Part shown: positions 1 through 8,328 of the stretch, piece by piece
How the letters are laid out: every line of letters starts with the position of its first letter
Position numbering within the stretch: the stretch's first letter is position 1
Origin: Alphaproteobacteria bacterium
Lineage (GTDB): Bacteria; Pseudomonadota; Alphaproteobacteria; GCA-2731375
Length of the DNA stretch: 64,000 nucleotides
Direction of reading: 5' to 3'
Assembly (NCBI GenBank): GCA_965225945.1
Contig: CBDDBZ010000025.1
Coordinates: 32,001-96,000, forward strand
Made by a program: the position numbers and the translations under genes
Notes under the pieces: model-generated
Databases searched by the model: none
The model's input: the letters and a program-made list of their open reading frames with translations, nothing else
Told to the model about the DNA's origin: nothing

Positions 1-264
1 ATCACGCGCGCCCAGGATCCGACAAAAGCACGAGAATTCGAACTCTGGCTCGAGAGTGTCATCGAGAGCTACGGCGTCTTGGACATGGACACGACCGTCT
101 TCCGGGAGTGGGCAAGGCTCCAGTACGGGAAATCCGCTACGCTCATGTTGGACGCCATGATCGCGGCGACCGCCATCGTCCACGGTCTGACGGTGGCGAC
201 CCGCAACATTCGAGATTTTCAGGTTTTCCAGGTCGCTCTCGTCGATCCCTTTCAGGCGAGCTGA
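1..264 (+). CDS. vapC: PIN-domain (VapC-type) toxin, 5' truncated by the window edge
   Basis: Frame 1 is open from base 1; the C-terminus DAMIAATAIVHGLTVATRNIRDF...VDPF is the typical PIN/VapC signature. Confidence 0.85.
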   Translation: MTRAQDPTKAREFELWLESVIESYGVLDMDTTVFREWARLQYGKSATLMLDAMIAATAIVHGLTVATRNIRDFQVFQVALVDPFQAS

Positions 265-284
265 GCGACGCGGTCAATCACCCG

Positions 285-337
285 CGGGCGGCGGATCGCC
301 CAACGTCTCGATCCCGCTCGTCATCGACCTCTCCCAG
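285..337. repeat. 53-bp direct repeat, copy 1
   Basis: cgggcggcggatcgcccaacgtctcgatcccgctcgtcatcgacctctcccag is identical to 1487-1539. Confidence 0.95.
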
Positions 338-360
338 GAAGAAAAGGGGTCATTCTACTT

Positions 361-1391
361 CCTGATTACGCACTTTACTCAGCCGGATTGATGTGGTACA
401 AATCGTGAACAAATGGCGGTTTTTCTGGAGGTTCACAATGCCACGCAACAAGGTTCAGTTCCAGAAGGGGCTCAGCGAGCCGCGTTTTCGTGAGTTGTAC
501 GGTACCGAGGAGCAGTGTCGCGAGGCCCTTTTCCGCTGGCGCTGGCCGGAGGGGTTCGCCTGCCCCCGATGTGGCGCCACGCGCCATTGCGAGATCGCCG
601 GGCGAAAACTCTACCAATGCGCCGCCTGCCGTCATCAAGTCTCGCTGACCGCCGGCACGCTCTTCCACGCGACCAAGCTGGCGCTGACCCTGTGGTTCTC
701 GGCGATCTATCACATGACCCAATCGAAGAAAGGGATCTCCTCCCTCGAACTCGGCCGCCGGCTCGGCGTCACCCAGACCACGGCCTGGAAGATCAAGCAG
801 AAACTGATGCAGTCCATGCTCGAGCGCGATGCCAAATTGCCGCTCACCGGGCGGGTGGAGATGGACGATGCCTACCTCGGCGGCCGGCTTTCCGGGGCCA
901 AGCGCGGCCGAGGCGCGCCGGGCAAGACGCCGTTCGTCGCCGCCGTCCAGACCACGGCGGAGGGCCAGCCCGTGCGCATCAAGCTCCGCCGCGTCAAGGG
1001 CTTCCGCAAGAGCGAGATCGCCAAGATGGCCAAGCGCGACCTGAGCCCTGGGGCGACCGTTTTCAGCGACGGGCTCAACTGCTTCACCGCCGTCACCACG
1101 CGGGGCTGTGCGCATCATCCGATATCCACCGGCTCCGGACCCGGGGCCGTCGCCGGGCCCGCCTTCAAATGGGTCAACACGACCCTCGGCAACCTCAAAA
1201 ACACCCTGCGCGGTACCTACCATGCGATCCGACCCAAGCATGTGCCGCGCTACCTGGCGGCGTTCCAGTACCGATACAACCGCCGCTACCGGCTCGCCGA
1301 CATGATCCGAAGCCCTCGGCCGCGATGCCCTGCATACGCCGCCCATGCCATATCGGCTCCTGAAGTTGGCTGAGGTTAGTGCGTAATCAGG
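361..1391 (+). mobile_element. IS1595-family insertion sequence (ISSod11-like)
   Basis: TIRs cctgattacgcact (361-374) and agtgcgtaatcagg (1378-1391); 8-bp TSD ttctactt at 353-360 and 1392-1399. Confidence 0.93.
438..1386 (+). CDS. IS1595-family transposase with an apparent frameshift near 1313
   Basis: Zn ribbon CPRC...CAAC, EMDDAYLGG, FSDG and RYLAAFQYRYNRR motifs. The family-like tail TPPMPYRLLKLAEVSA* lies in another frame ending at 1386. Confidence 0.88.
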
Positions 1392-1486
1392 TTCTACTTT
1401 ATCGGTCGCTGCGGTGGGCCTCTTCGTGGCTCGTGTCGCCAGCGCCAGCGGTGGCGAAAAGTAGAATGACCCCTTTTTCCCCTTTT

Positions 1487-1539
1487 CGGGCGGCGGATCG
1501 CCCAACGTCTCGATCCCGCTCGTCATCGACCTCTCCCAG
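1487..1539. repeat. 53-bp direct repeat, copy 2
   Basis: Identical to 285-337. Confidence 0.95.
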
Positions 1540-1563
1540 AACCCCTCGCCAACACGACATGGC

Positions 1564-2118
1564 TCAAAAGAACACCGTCAGGTTCTTCGCCAGCAGGACA
1601 TTCTGGTCCAGATAGACCTCCCGCGCGGCGATCCGGAAGCCGCCATCCTCGGCCCGGCGCAACAGGTCGCTCCGTTTGCCGACGAAGAAGTCGGTCTCGG
1701 TCTCGGTCCGGTTGCGATAGACGATGAAGCGGCAGCGCGACCGCACCATGGCCCCGTCGGTGTCCCAGACCTGCAGGTTGGAGAACATGTGGGCCGTGCG
1801 CGAGATCGGCTCCTCCGCCCAGTGCAGCCCGGTCATGATCTGCTTGACCCGTTGTTCGAGCTCGAACTTGCCCTCGTCGAACCAGTTGAGGTCCTTGCCC
1901 TCCTCGGTCCATTCGCCCGCCCACTCGCCGAACGGGCGATTGCGGGCGAGCGGCATCCAATAGCGGATGTCGTCGGCCAGCAGCTCGAGCCAGGCCTCGA
2001 ATTGACGGCTGTCGAGCAGCTCGTTCTCGGCGTTGAAGAACCGTTCCACCTCATGGTGGAGGAGGAGGTCGTCGAGCCGGGCCTCGCGTCCGCCCGGCCC
2101 CGTCCGGCCGGCCCTCAT
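1564..2118 (-). CDS. Aromatic ring-hydroxylating dioxygenase beta subunit
   Basis: ELLDSRQFEAWLELLADDIRYWMP...WAEEPISRTAH...LDQNVLLAKNLTVFF; ATGA overlap with the alpha-subunit stop. Confidence 0.92.
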   Translation of the reverse strand: MRAGRTGPGGREARLDDLLLHHEVERFFNAENELLDSRQFEAWLELLADDIRYWMPLARNRPFGEWAGEWTEEGKDLNWFDEGKFELEQRVKQIMTGLHWAEEPISRTAHMFSNLQVWDTDGAMVRSRCRFIVYRNRTETETDFFVGKRSDLLRRAEDGGFRIAAREVYLDQNVLLAKNLTVFF

Positions 2119-3470
2119 TCCGCCGCCCGGCGGACCCCGGGGCCGCGCGCATCGTCCATCGCCCGGGCCCAGCGGGCATAGAAGCCGCGCTGGTTCTGCT
2201 CCGAGACGTCCTCGCTCGCCTGGATCTCGCCGCCGAGCCAGGCGACCGGCCAGCCCTTGCGCTCGTGCCCCATGCCCATCGCGTAGTGGAAGTCGTGGCG
2301 GCGCGCGATGGTGCCGCGCGCGCCCTCGTGCGCATAGCCCCAGTTTTCCATGTCGTCCTGCTCGGTCAGGCCCGAGGGGCCTTGATAGCGGATGACGTAG
2401 TGCCTGAGCACGTCCTTGACCTCGTCGGGCGCGGCGGCCGGCACCAGGAAGATGCGCCAGGTCTCGGTCTCGTGCGGGCCGTTCGGATGCCAGGTCCCCA
2501 TCGATTGGACGCCGTTCGCGTAGGAGACGTTGGGGAAGATGGTGCCGCCGTGGCCGAACCAGCGGGCCTTCTCGCCCAGCCTCTCCTGGCGCTGGCGGTA
2601 GCACTCGCGGAAATAGTCCTCGACCACCGCCCTCTCCTGGTAGGTCGGAAGATAGTCGTAATCGTCCTTGAACAGCTCGCCCCGGGCGGCGTGACCCTCG
2701 GGGTGGATGGAGATGTTGAGCTTGTGGACCTCGCGGGCCCGCGACACCGTGTCGTAGGTATGGCGGCCCTTCACGCCCGCGGGCGAGAGCACGACCTGAT
2801 CGACCGAGGCATGACTGGATGCGTGGTAATAGTCGCCGGCGAAATTCTCGGCGGCGAATTTCCAATTGTTGGGCATGCGCCATTTGAAGATGCCGCCGAA
2901 CGCCTCCCAGGGCCCGTGGGTGCCGTCGGGCAGCTCGCAATAGTCGTCGAAGTAGAACCTGAGGTCGCCCAGATAGCTCTCGAATTCCGCTGTCTCCTGG
3001 TCCCAACAGGCGAAGACGTAGCCGTGGTAGCTCGCCACCCGGGCCTCGATCAGGCCCAATTTCTCGACCTCGAGCTCGCCGTGGTAGCCGGACTCGAGCT
3101 TGGGCACGCCGATCAGCGCGCCTTGGTCGGAATAGACCCAGGCGTGATAGGGGCAAGAGAACCGGCGCGCGTTGCCTTCGTCGTAGCGACAGACCCGCAT
3201 GCCCCGGTGCCGGCAGGTGTTGAGGAAGACGTGCAACGTGCCGTGCCGGTCGCGGTTGAGGATCACCGACTCCTCGCCCATGCGGGCGAGCACGAAGTCG
3301 CCGCTCGCCGCGATCTGGCTTTCGTGGCCGACGAAGAGCCACGAGCGCGCGAAGATCCGCTCCAGTTCTTCCTCGTAGATCGCCTGGCTGGTGAAGATGT
3401 CGCGGCTGATCAGGCCGCGCTCCAGATCCACATGGCCGCCCTGATAGGCGCCCCGCTCGCCTGTCCGCAT
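2115..3470 (-). CDS. Rieske aromatic ring-hydroxylating dioxygenase alpha subunit (HcaE/BphA-like)
   Basis: Rieske motifs CRHRG and CPYHAW; Fe(II) site ENFAGDYYHASSH and QDDMENW. Confidence 0.93.
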   Translation of the reverse strand: MRTGERGAYQGGHVDLERGLISRDIFTSQAIYEEELERIFARSWLFVGHESQIAASGDFVLARMGEESVILNRDRHGTLHVFLNTCRHRGMRVCRYDEGNARRFSCPYHAWVYSDQGALIGVPKLESGYHGELEVEKLGLIEARVASYHGYVFACWDQETAEFESYLGDLRFYFDDYCELPDGTHGPWEAFGGIFKWRMPNNWKFAAENFAGDYYHASSHASVDQVVLSPAGVKGRHTYDTVSRAREVHKLNISIHPEGHAARGELFKDDYDYLPTYQERAVVEDYFRECYRQRQERLGEKARWFGHGGTIFPNVSYANGVQSMGTWHPNGPHETETWRIFLVPAAAPDEVKDVLRHYVIRYQGPSGLTEQDDMENWGYAHEGARGTIARRHDFHYAMGMGHERKGWPVAWLGGEIQASEDVSEQNQRGFYARWARAMDDARGPGVRRAAE

Positions 3471-3580
3471 CGCGCTGGCCTCCGCCTCGTTGCAACCCGC
3501 CCCGAACTATAGCGAGCCGGCGATCGGAGCGACAACACGGGACGGCGTCGAGGCTCGAGCCACGCGCCGCGCCGCCCCGC

Positions 3581-4267
3581 TCAGCCGGTGAGCCTGAGGT
3601 TCTGCGGGAACATGTAGCGCCGTGCCTCCTCGTCCGTCTCGGTCTTGAAGGCGTGGCTGGCGGCCAGCGCCACCGCCCGCTCCGCGGCGGGCCGGGCGTC
3701 GATCTCAGCCACCAGGCGAGCCACATTGGCCTGTTTGGCCGCGCCCTCCTCGCCCAGAACCCGTGGCATCAGCCGGGCCCAGCCCCAGACCGCCATGTCG
3801 ACGATGGTGTAGCGCTCGCCCAGCATGTAGGGGCGCTCGGCGAGGCGCGCGTCGAGGATGGCGAAGTGGCGCTCGGCCTCGTAGTCGTAACGGTTGACGG
3901 CATAGGGCATCGGCTCGGGCGCAAACACCTTGAAGTGCACCGCCTGGCCGGAATAGGGACCGACGCCCGAGGCGACGAACATCAGCCACGACAGGAGCTG
4001 GCCGCGCATGGCGGGCGTATCCTCCGGCAGGAAGCGGTCCGTCTTCTCCGCCAGGTAGAGCAGGATGGCGTTGCTGTCGAAGATGGGCTGGCCATCCTCG
4101 ACGATCGCCGGCGCCTTGGCGTTGGGATTGATGGCCAAGAATTCGGGCGCGAACTGCTCGCCCTTGCGGGTATCGAGCGGCACCGCCTCGTAGGCCAGCC
4201 CGGATTCCTCCAGGAACAGCGCCACCTTCATCGGGTTGGGCGCGGCGTTGTAGTAAAAGGTCAACAT
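3581..4267 (-). CDS. Glutathione S-transferase family protein (YfcG-like)
   Basis: PNPMKVALFLEE, INPNAKAPAI and FDSNAILLYLAEK motifs. Confidence 0.92.
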   Translation of the reverse strand: MLTFYYNAAPNPMKVALFLEESGLAYEAVPLDTRKGEQFAPEFLAINPNAKAPAIVEDGQPIFDSNAILLYLAEKTDRFLPEDTPAMRGQLLSWLMFVASGVGPYSGQAVHFKVFAPEPMPYAVNRYDYEAERHFAILDARLAERPYMLGERYTIVDMAVWGWARLMPRVLGEEGAAKQANVARLVAEIDARPAAERAVALAASHAFKTETDEEARRYMFPQNLRLTG

Positions 4268-4479
4268 CTCGGGCCTCTCTCTCTTTCGTTCCGATATCGT
4301 CGAGGCGCAGCCTAGCCGACTTTCACGGGCTTGTACCGGCGGCGAGGGGAGATTCGCTCGATGCGCCAGAGGGCCGGCGGCCAGTCAACGGCGAATATGA
4401 CATGACCGGCGCCAGCCCCCTATCATGGCTCGGCGCCTTGCCGCGCCGCGCGGCCGTCGAGGGACTCAGCGAGCGAACC

Positions 4480-5427
4480 ATGAGCGCCTATCTCATACGT
4501 CGTCTGGTTTCCTTCTGCCTGACGCTCTGGGGCGCCTCGGTGGTGATCTTCCTGATGCTGGAGATCCTGCCCGGCGATCCGGCGCTGACCATGCTGGGAA
4601 TCGACGCGCCGGAAAGCGCGATCATCGCACTGCGCCACGAACTCGGCCTCGATCGCACCGCGCCCACCCGCTATCTCGACTGGATCGCCGGCCTCGCGCG
4701 GGGCGAGATGGGGCTCTCCTTCACCTACCAGGTGCCGGTGGCGGAGCTTTTCGCCGAGCGGCTGGAGCTGACCCTGCCGCTGGCGCTCGGCGCCATGGCG
4801 GTGGCGACGATATTGGCCCTCGGCCTCGGTCTCTATGCCGCCAGCCGGCACAACCGGGCCGGCGACTGGGGGGTGATGGCGGCGAGCCAGCTCGGCCTCG
4901 CGATCCCCAACTTCTGGCTCGCCATCCTGCTGATCATCCTGTTCGCGCTGATCCTGCAATGGACCACCTCGGGCGGCTTCCCCGGCTGGGCGGATGGGGT
5001 GGGCCCGGCGCTCGCCGCGCTGATCCTTCCCGTCACCGCGCTCGGCGTCACCCTGGCGGCGATCCTGGTCCGCATCACCCGGTCCTCGGTGCTGGAGGTG
5101 CTGGGAGAGGATTTCGTCCGCACCGCGCGGGCCAAGGGCCTGGGGCGCGGCGCGACGCTCAGGCGCCACGTGCTCAGGAACGCGATGATCCCGGTGGTGA
5201 CGATGATGGGCTTGCTGTTCGCCGATGCGCTCGCCGGCACCATCGTCATCGAGAACGTGTTCTCGCTGCCCGGCATGGGCAAGCTCATCTTCGGCGCCAT
5301 CTCCAATCGCGATCTGATGGTGGTGAAGAACGCGGTGCTGCTGCTGGCGGCGCTGGTGGTGGTGGTCAATTTCGCGGTCGATCTGCTCTACGCCCTGATC
5401 GACCCCCGCGTCCGGATCCGGGATTAG
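4480..5427 (+). CDS. Peptide/nickel ABC transporter permease (DppB/OppB family)
   Basis: LPGDPA N-terminus, [11 protein letters not shown] loop and C-terminal DPR. Confidence 0.92.
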   Translation: MSAYLIRRLVSFCLTLWGASVVIFLMLEILPGDPALTMLGIDAPESAIIALRHELGLDRTAPTRYLDWIAGLARGEMGLSFTYQVPVAELFAERLELTLPLALGAMAVATILALGLGLYAASRHNRAGDWGVMAASQLGLAIPNFWLAILLIILFALILQWTTSGGFPGWADGVGPALAALILPVTALGVTLAAILVRITRSSVLEVLGEDFVRTARAKGLGRGATLRRHVLRNAMIPVVTMMGLLFADALAGTIVIENVFSLPGMGKLIFGAISNRDLMVVKNAVLLLAALVVVVNFAVDLLYALIDPRVRIRD

Positions 5428-5455
5428 TGGATAGAATCCACCAGGGGCGAGCCCG

Positions 5456-6301
5456 ATGAGGGGTGCGAGCGCCATATTGGCCCGCATGGCCCGGCACCGC
5501 GCCTTCCTCTTCGGCGCCGGGCTCACCGGCCTGATGGCCGGCGCCGCCGTGGTCTCGCTCTTCTGGACCCCGCATTCAGCCACCCTCATCGTCGTTCGCG
5601 CCCGATTGCGGCCGCCCAGTTGGGAGCATTGGCTCGGCACCGACCAGTTCGGCCGCGACATCCTCTCGATGATCATGGCCGGGGCCCAGACCTCGATCCT
5701 GGTCGGTCTGATCGCGGTCTCGATGGGCCTGGTTCTGGGCGTCTCGCTCGGCCTGCTGGCGGCGGCCCGGCGCGGCCTCGTCGAGGAAGCGGTGATGCGG
5801 CTGAACGACCTCGCCTTCGCCTTCCCCGTGGTGCTGCTGGCGATCCTGATCACCGCCGGTTGGGGCCCGGGCATCCTCAACGCCATCCTGGCGCTCGCCG
5901 TGATCAACGTGCCGATCTTCGCCCGCCTGGTCCGGGGCGCGGCGCTCGTCGTGTGGGCGCGGGAGTTCGTGCTCGCGGCGCGCGCCGCCGGCAAGGGCGA
6001 CCTCAGGATCACGCTCGAACACGTGCTGCCCAACGTCACCAGCGTGATCGTGGTGCAGGCGACGATCAGCTTCGCCATCGCCATCCTGGCGGAGGCGGCC
6101 CTGAGCTACCTCGGCGTCGGCTCCCAGCCGCCCGACCCGAGTTGGGGGCGGATGCTGGCCGAGAGCCAGAACTTCCTCTTCATGGCGCCGACCTTGGCGG
6201 TTTGGCCGGGGCTCGCCATCGTGCTCTCGGTGCTGGGGCTGAACCTGATGGGCGACGGGCTCCGCGACCTCCTCGATCCGCGCCTCGCCCGGCGGCGGTA
6301 G
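5456..6301 (+). CDS. Peptide/nickel ABC transporter permease (DppC/OppC family)
   Basis: HWLGTDQFGRD, EAALSYLG and GDGLRDLLDPR motifs. Confidence 0.92.
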   Translation: MRGASAILARMARHRAFLFGAGLTGLMAGAAVVSLFWTPHSATLIVVRARLRPPSWEHWLGTDQFGRDILSMIMAGAQTSILVGLIAVSMGLVLGVSLGLLAAARRGLVEEAVMRLNDLAFAFPVVLLAILITAGWGPGILNAILALAVINVPIFARLVRGAALVVWAREFVLAARAAGKGDLRITLEHVLPNVTSVIVVQATISFAIAILAEAALSYLGVGSQPPDPSWGRMLAESQNFLFMAPTLAVWPGLAIVLSVLGLNLMGDGLRDLLDPRLARRR

Positions 6302-6307
6302 CGGCCC

Positions 6308-7306
6308 ATGGCCCTCCTCGAGGTCAGCGATCTGGTGGTCGAGCTGGAAACGCCACGCGGCCGGGCCCGGGCGCTCCGGGGCGTCGAATTTGTGCTGGAG
6401 GCCGGCCGGACCCTCGGCATTGTCGGTGAATCCGGCTCCGGCAAGTCGATCACCGCGCTCGCGCTGATGGGCCTGGCGCCGGAGGGCGCGCGCCTCGAGG
6501 GCCGGGTGAGGCTGGCGGGCCAAGAGCTGCTGGGCCTCCCCGAGTCTGAGATGCAGCAGGTGCGCGGCCGCCGGATGGCGATGATCTTTCAGGAGCCGAT
6601 GACCTCCCTCAACCCCGTGCACCGGGTCGGCCGGCAGATCGGCGAGGCGCTGGCGCTGCATCGCGCGCTTCGTGGGCCCGAGGCGCGGGCGGAGGCGACG
6701 CGGCTCTTGGCCCGCGTCGGCCTGCCCCGCCCGGAGCGCCTGGTCGACGCCTATCCGCACGAGCTCTCGGGCGGACAGCGCCAGCGGGTGATGATCGCCA
6801 TGGCCTTGAGTTGCGGGCCCGACGTGCTGATCGCCGACGAGCCGACGACGGCCCTCGACGTCACCATCCAGGAGAGGATCCTCGGCCTGATCAACCACCT
6901 GGTGGACGCCGACGGCATGGCGCTGATCATGATCAGCCACGATTTCGGCGTCATCGCCCGGACCTGCGAGGAGGTCCTGATCATGTACGCCGGCTTGGTG
7001 GTCGAGCGGGGCGCGACGCGCCGCATCCTGGAGGCCCCGGCGCATCCCTACAGCCGGGGCTTGATCGCGGCGGTGCCGCGCCTCGGCCAGGGGCGGGAGC
7101 GGGGTCGGGAGGCGCGGCTCAGGACCATTCCCGGCGTGATGGCGGAACTCGACGACCTGCCCGCCGGCTGCCCCTTCGCCGATCGCTGCGACCTCGCCGA
7201 CCAGGGTTGCGTCGAGCGGACGCCTGGGATGCGGGCGGTGGCGGTGGACGGAACCCAGGCCGCCGCCTGCCACAAGCTCGATTCCGTAGAGGCGGCGGCG
7301 CCATGA
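6308..7306 (+). CDS. ABC transporter ATP-binding protein (DppD family)
   Basis: GESGSGKS, LSGGQRQR, ADEPTTALD and a Cys-rich C-terminus. Confidence 0.93.
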   Translation: MALLEVSDLVVELETPRGRARALRGVEFVLEAGRTLGIVGESGSGKSITALALMGLAPEGARLEGRVRLAGQELLGLPESEMQQVRGRRMAMIFQEPMTSLNPVHRVGRQIGEALALHRALRGPEARAEATRLLARVGLPRPERLVDAYPHELSGGQRQRVMIAMALSCGPDVLIADEPTTALDVTIQERILGLINHLVDADGMALIMISHDFGVIARTCEEVLIMYAGLVVERGATRRILEAPAHPYSRGLIAAVPRLGQGRERGREARLRTIPGVMAELDDLPAGCPFADRCDLADQGCVERTPGMRAVAVDGTQAAACHKLDSVEAAAP

Positions 7307-8268
7307 ACGACGCCCCCCTCGTCGCCGCCGAGAATCTGGCCAAGCGCTATCCCCTGCCGCGCGCGAGCCTGTTTCGCGCCGCCGGCGTGGTCGACGCCGT
7401 GGACGGCGTCGACTTCACCGTGACGCGCGGCCGCAGTCTCGGCATCGTCGGCGAATCCGGCTCCGGCAAGAGCACGCTCGCGCGGCTGGTGATGGCGCTC
7501 GAGGCGCCGAGCGGCGGGCGGCTCCGCCTCTTCGGCCAGGACCCGAGCGCGCTTCCGCCCCGAGACCTGAGACGGCTCAGACGCCATCTTCAGATGGTGT
7601 TCCAGGATCCCTTCGGCGCCCTCGACCCGCGCCACAAGGCCGCCCGCATCGTCGCCGAGCCGCTGCAGGTGCTGAGGCCCGAGCTCTCCCGCGCCGAGCG
7701 CCGCGCGGAGGCGCTCGCGGTCATGGCCGCGGTCGGCCTTCACCCGGGCGACGGCGACAAGTACCCGCATGAATTCTCCGGCGGCCAGCGCCAGCGGATC
7801 GCCATCGCCCGGGCGCTGGTGACGCGGCCGGACCTGATCGTCGCCGACGAGCCGGTCTCCGCCCTCGACGTCTCGGTGCAGGCCCAGGTCTTGAACTTGA
7901 TGCGCGACCTGGAGGCGAGCCACGGCCTCACCTACCTGTTGATCAGCCACGACCTGGTGGTGGTGGAATACGTCTGCGTCGAGATCATGGTGATGTATCG
8001 GGGCCGGATCGTGGAGCGGGCGCCGACAGCCACGCTCCTCGCCGCCCCCGCCCATCCCTATACCCGCCTGCTGCTCGACTCGGTCCCCCGGCTGGAGGCG
8101 GGACGCGGCGCCGCGGCGCCGGCGGTCGTCGAGGCGGCGGAGGCCGAGATCGGCGCCGGCTGCCCCTTCGCGCCGCGCTGCCCCCTGGCCGAGACGCGCT
8201 GTCGGGTAGAGGCGCCGGCGCCGCGGCAGCTCGACGCGACGCACGAGGTCGCCTGCCATTTGGCGTAG
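7303..8268 (+). CDS. ABC transporter ATP-binding protein (DppF family)
   Basis: ATG at 7303 overlaps the upstream stop; GESGSGKS, FSGGQRQR, ADEPVSALD and VACHL motifs. Confidence 0.93.
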   Translation: MNDAPLVAAENLAKRYPLPRASLFRAAGVVDAVDGVDFTVTRGRSLGIVGESGSGKSTLARLVMALEAPSGGRLRLFGQDPSALPPRDLRRLRRHLQMVFQDPFGALDPRHKAARIVAEPLQVLRPELSRAERRAEALAVMAAVGLHPGDGDKYPHEFSGGQRQRIAIARALVTRPDLIVADEPVSALDVSVQAQVLNLMRDLEASHGLTYLLISHDLVVVEYVCVEIMVMYRGRIVERAPTATLLAAPAHPYTRLLLDSVPRLEAGRGAAAPAVVEAAEAEIGAGCPFAPRCPLAETRCRVEAPAPRQLDATHEVACHLA

Positions 8269-8328
8269 GGGAGCGAGGATGCGACATTCCGCGCGTGCGC
8301 CCGTCACCGTTCACTTCGGAGAACCCGA

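Larger units (their letters stand above)
342..1477. mobile_element. MITE/REP-like element (about 97 bp when reconstructed) with 20-bp inverted ends, interrupted by an IS1595 element
   Basis: The left arm aaaaggggtcattctactt(t) (342-360 plus 1400) is the reverse complement of aaagtagaatgacccctttt (1458-1477). Confidence 0.75.

Noticed and set aside
375-1526. 383-aa minus-strand ORF spanning the IS1595
   Set aside because: It is mostly the antisense of the transposase and crosses element boundaries.
5428-5447. Small gtggat-aga-atccac hairpin between the permease genes
   Set aside because: Too short to distinguish from chance or a minor mRNA stem.
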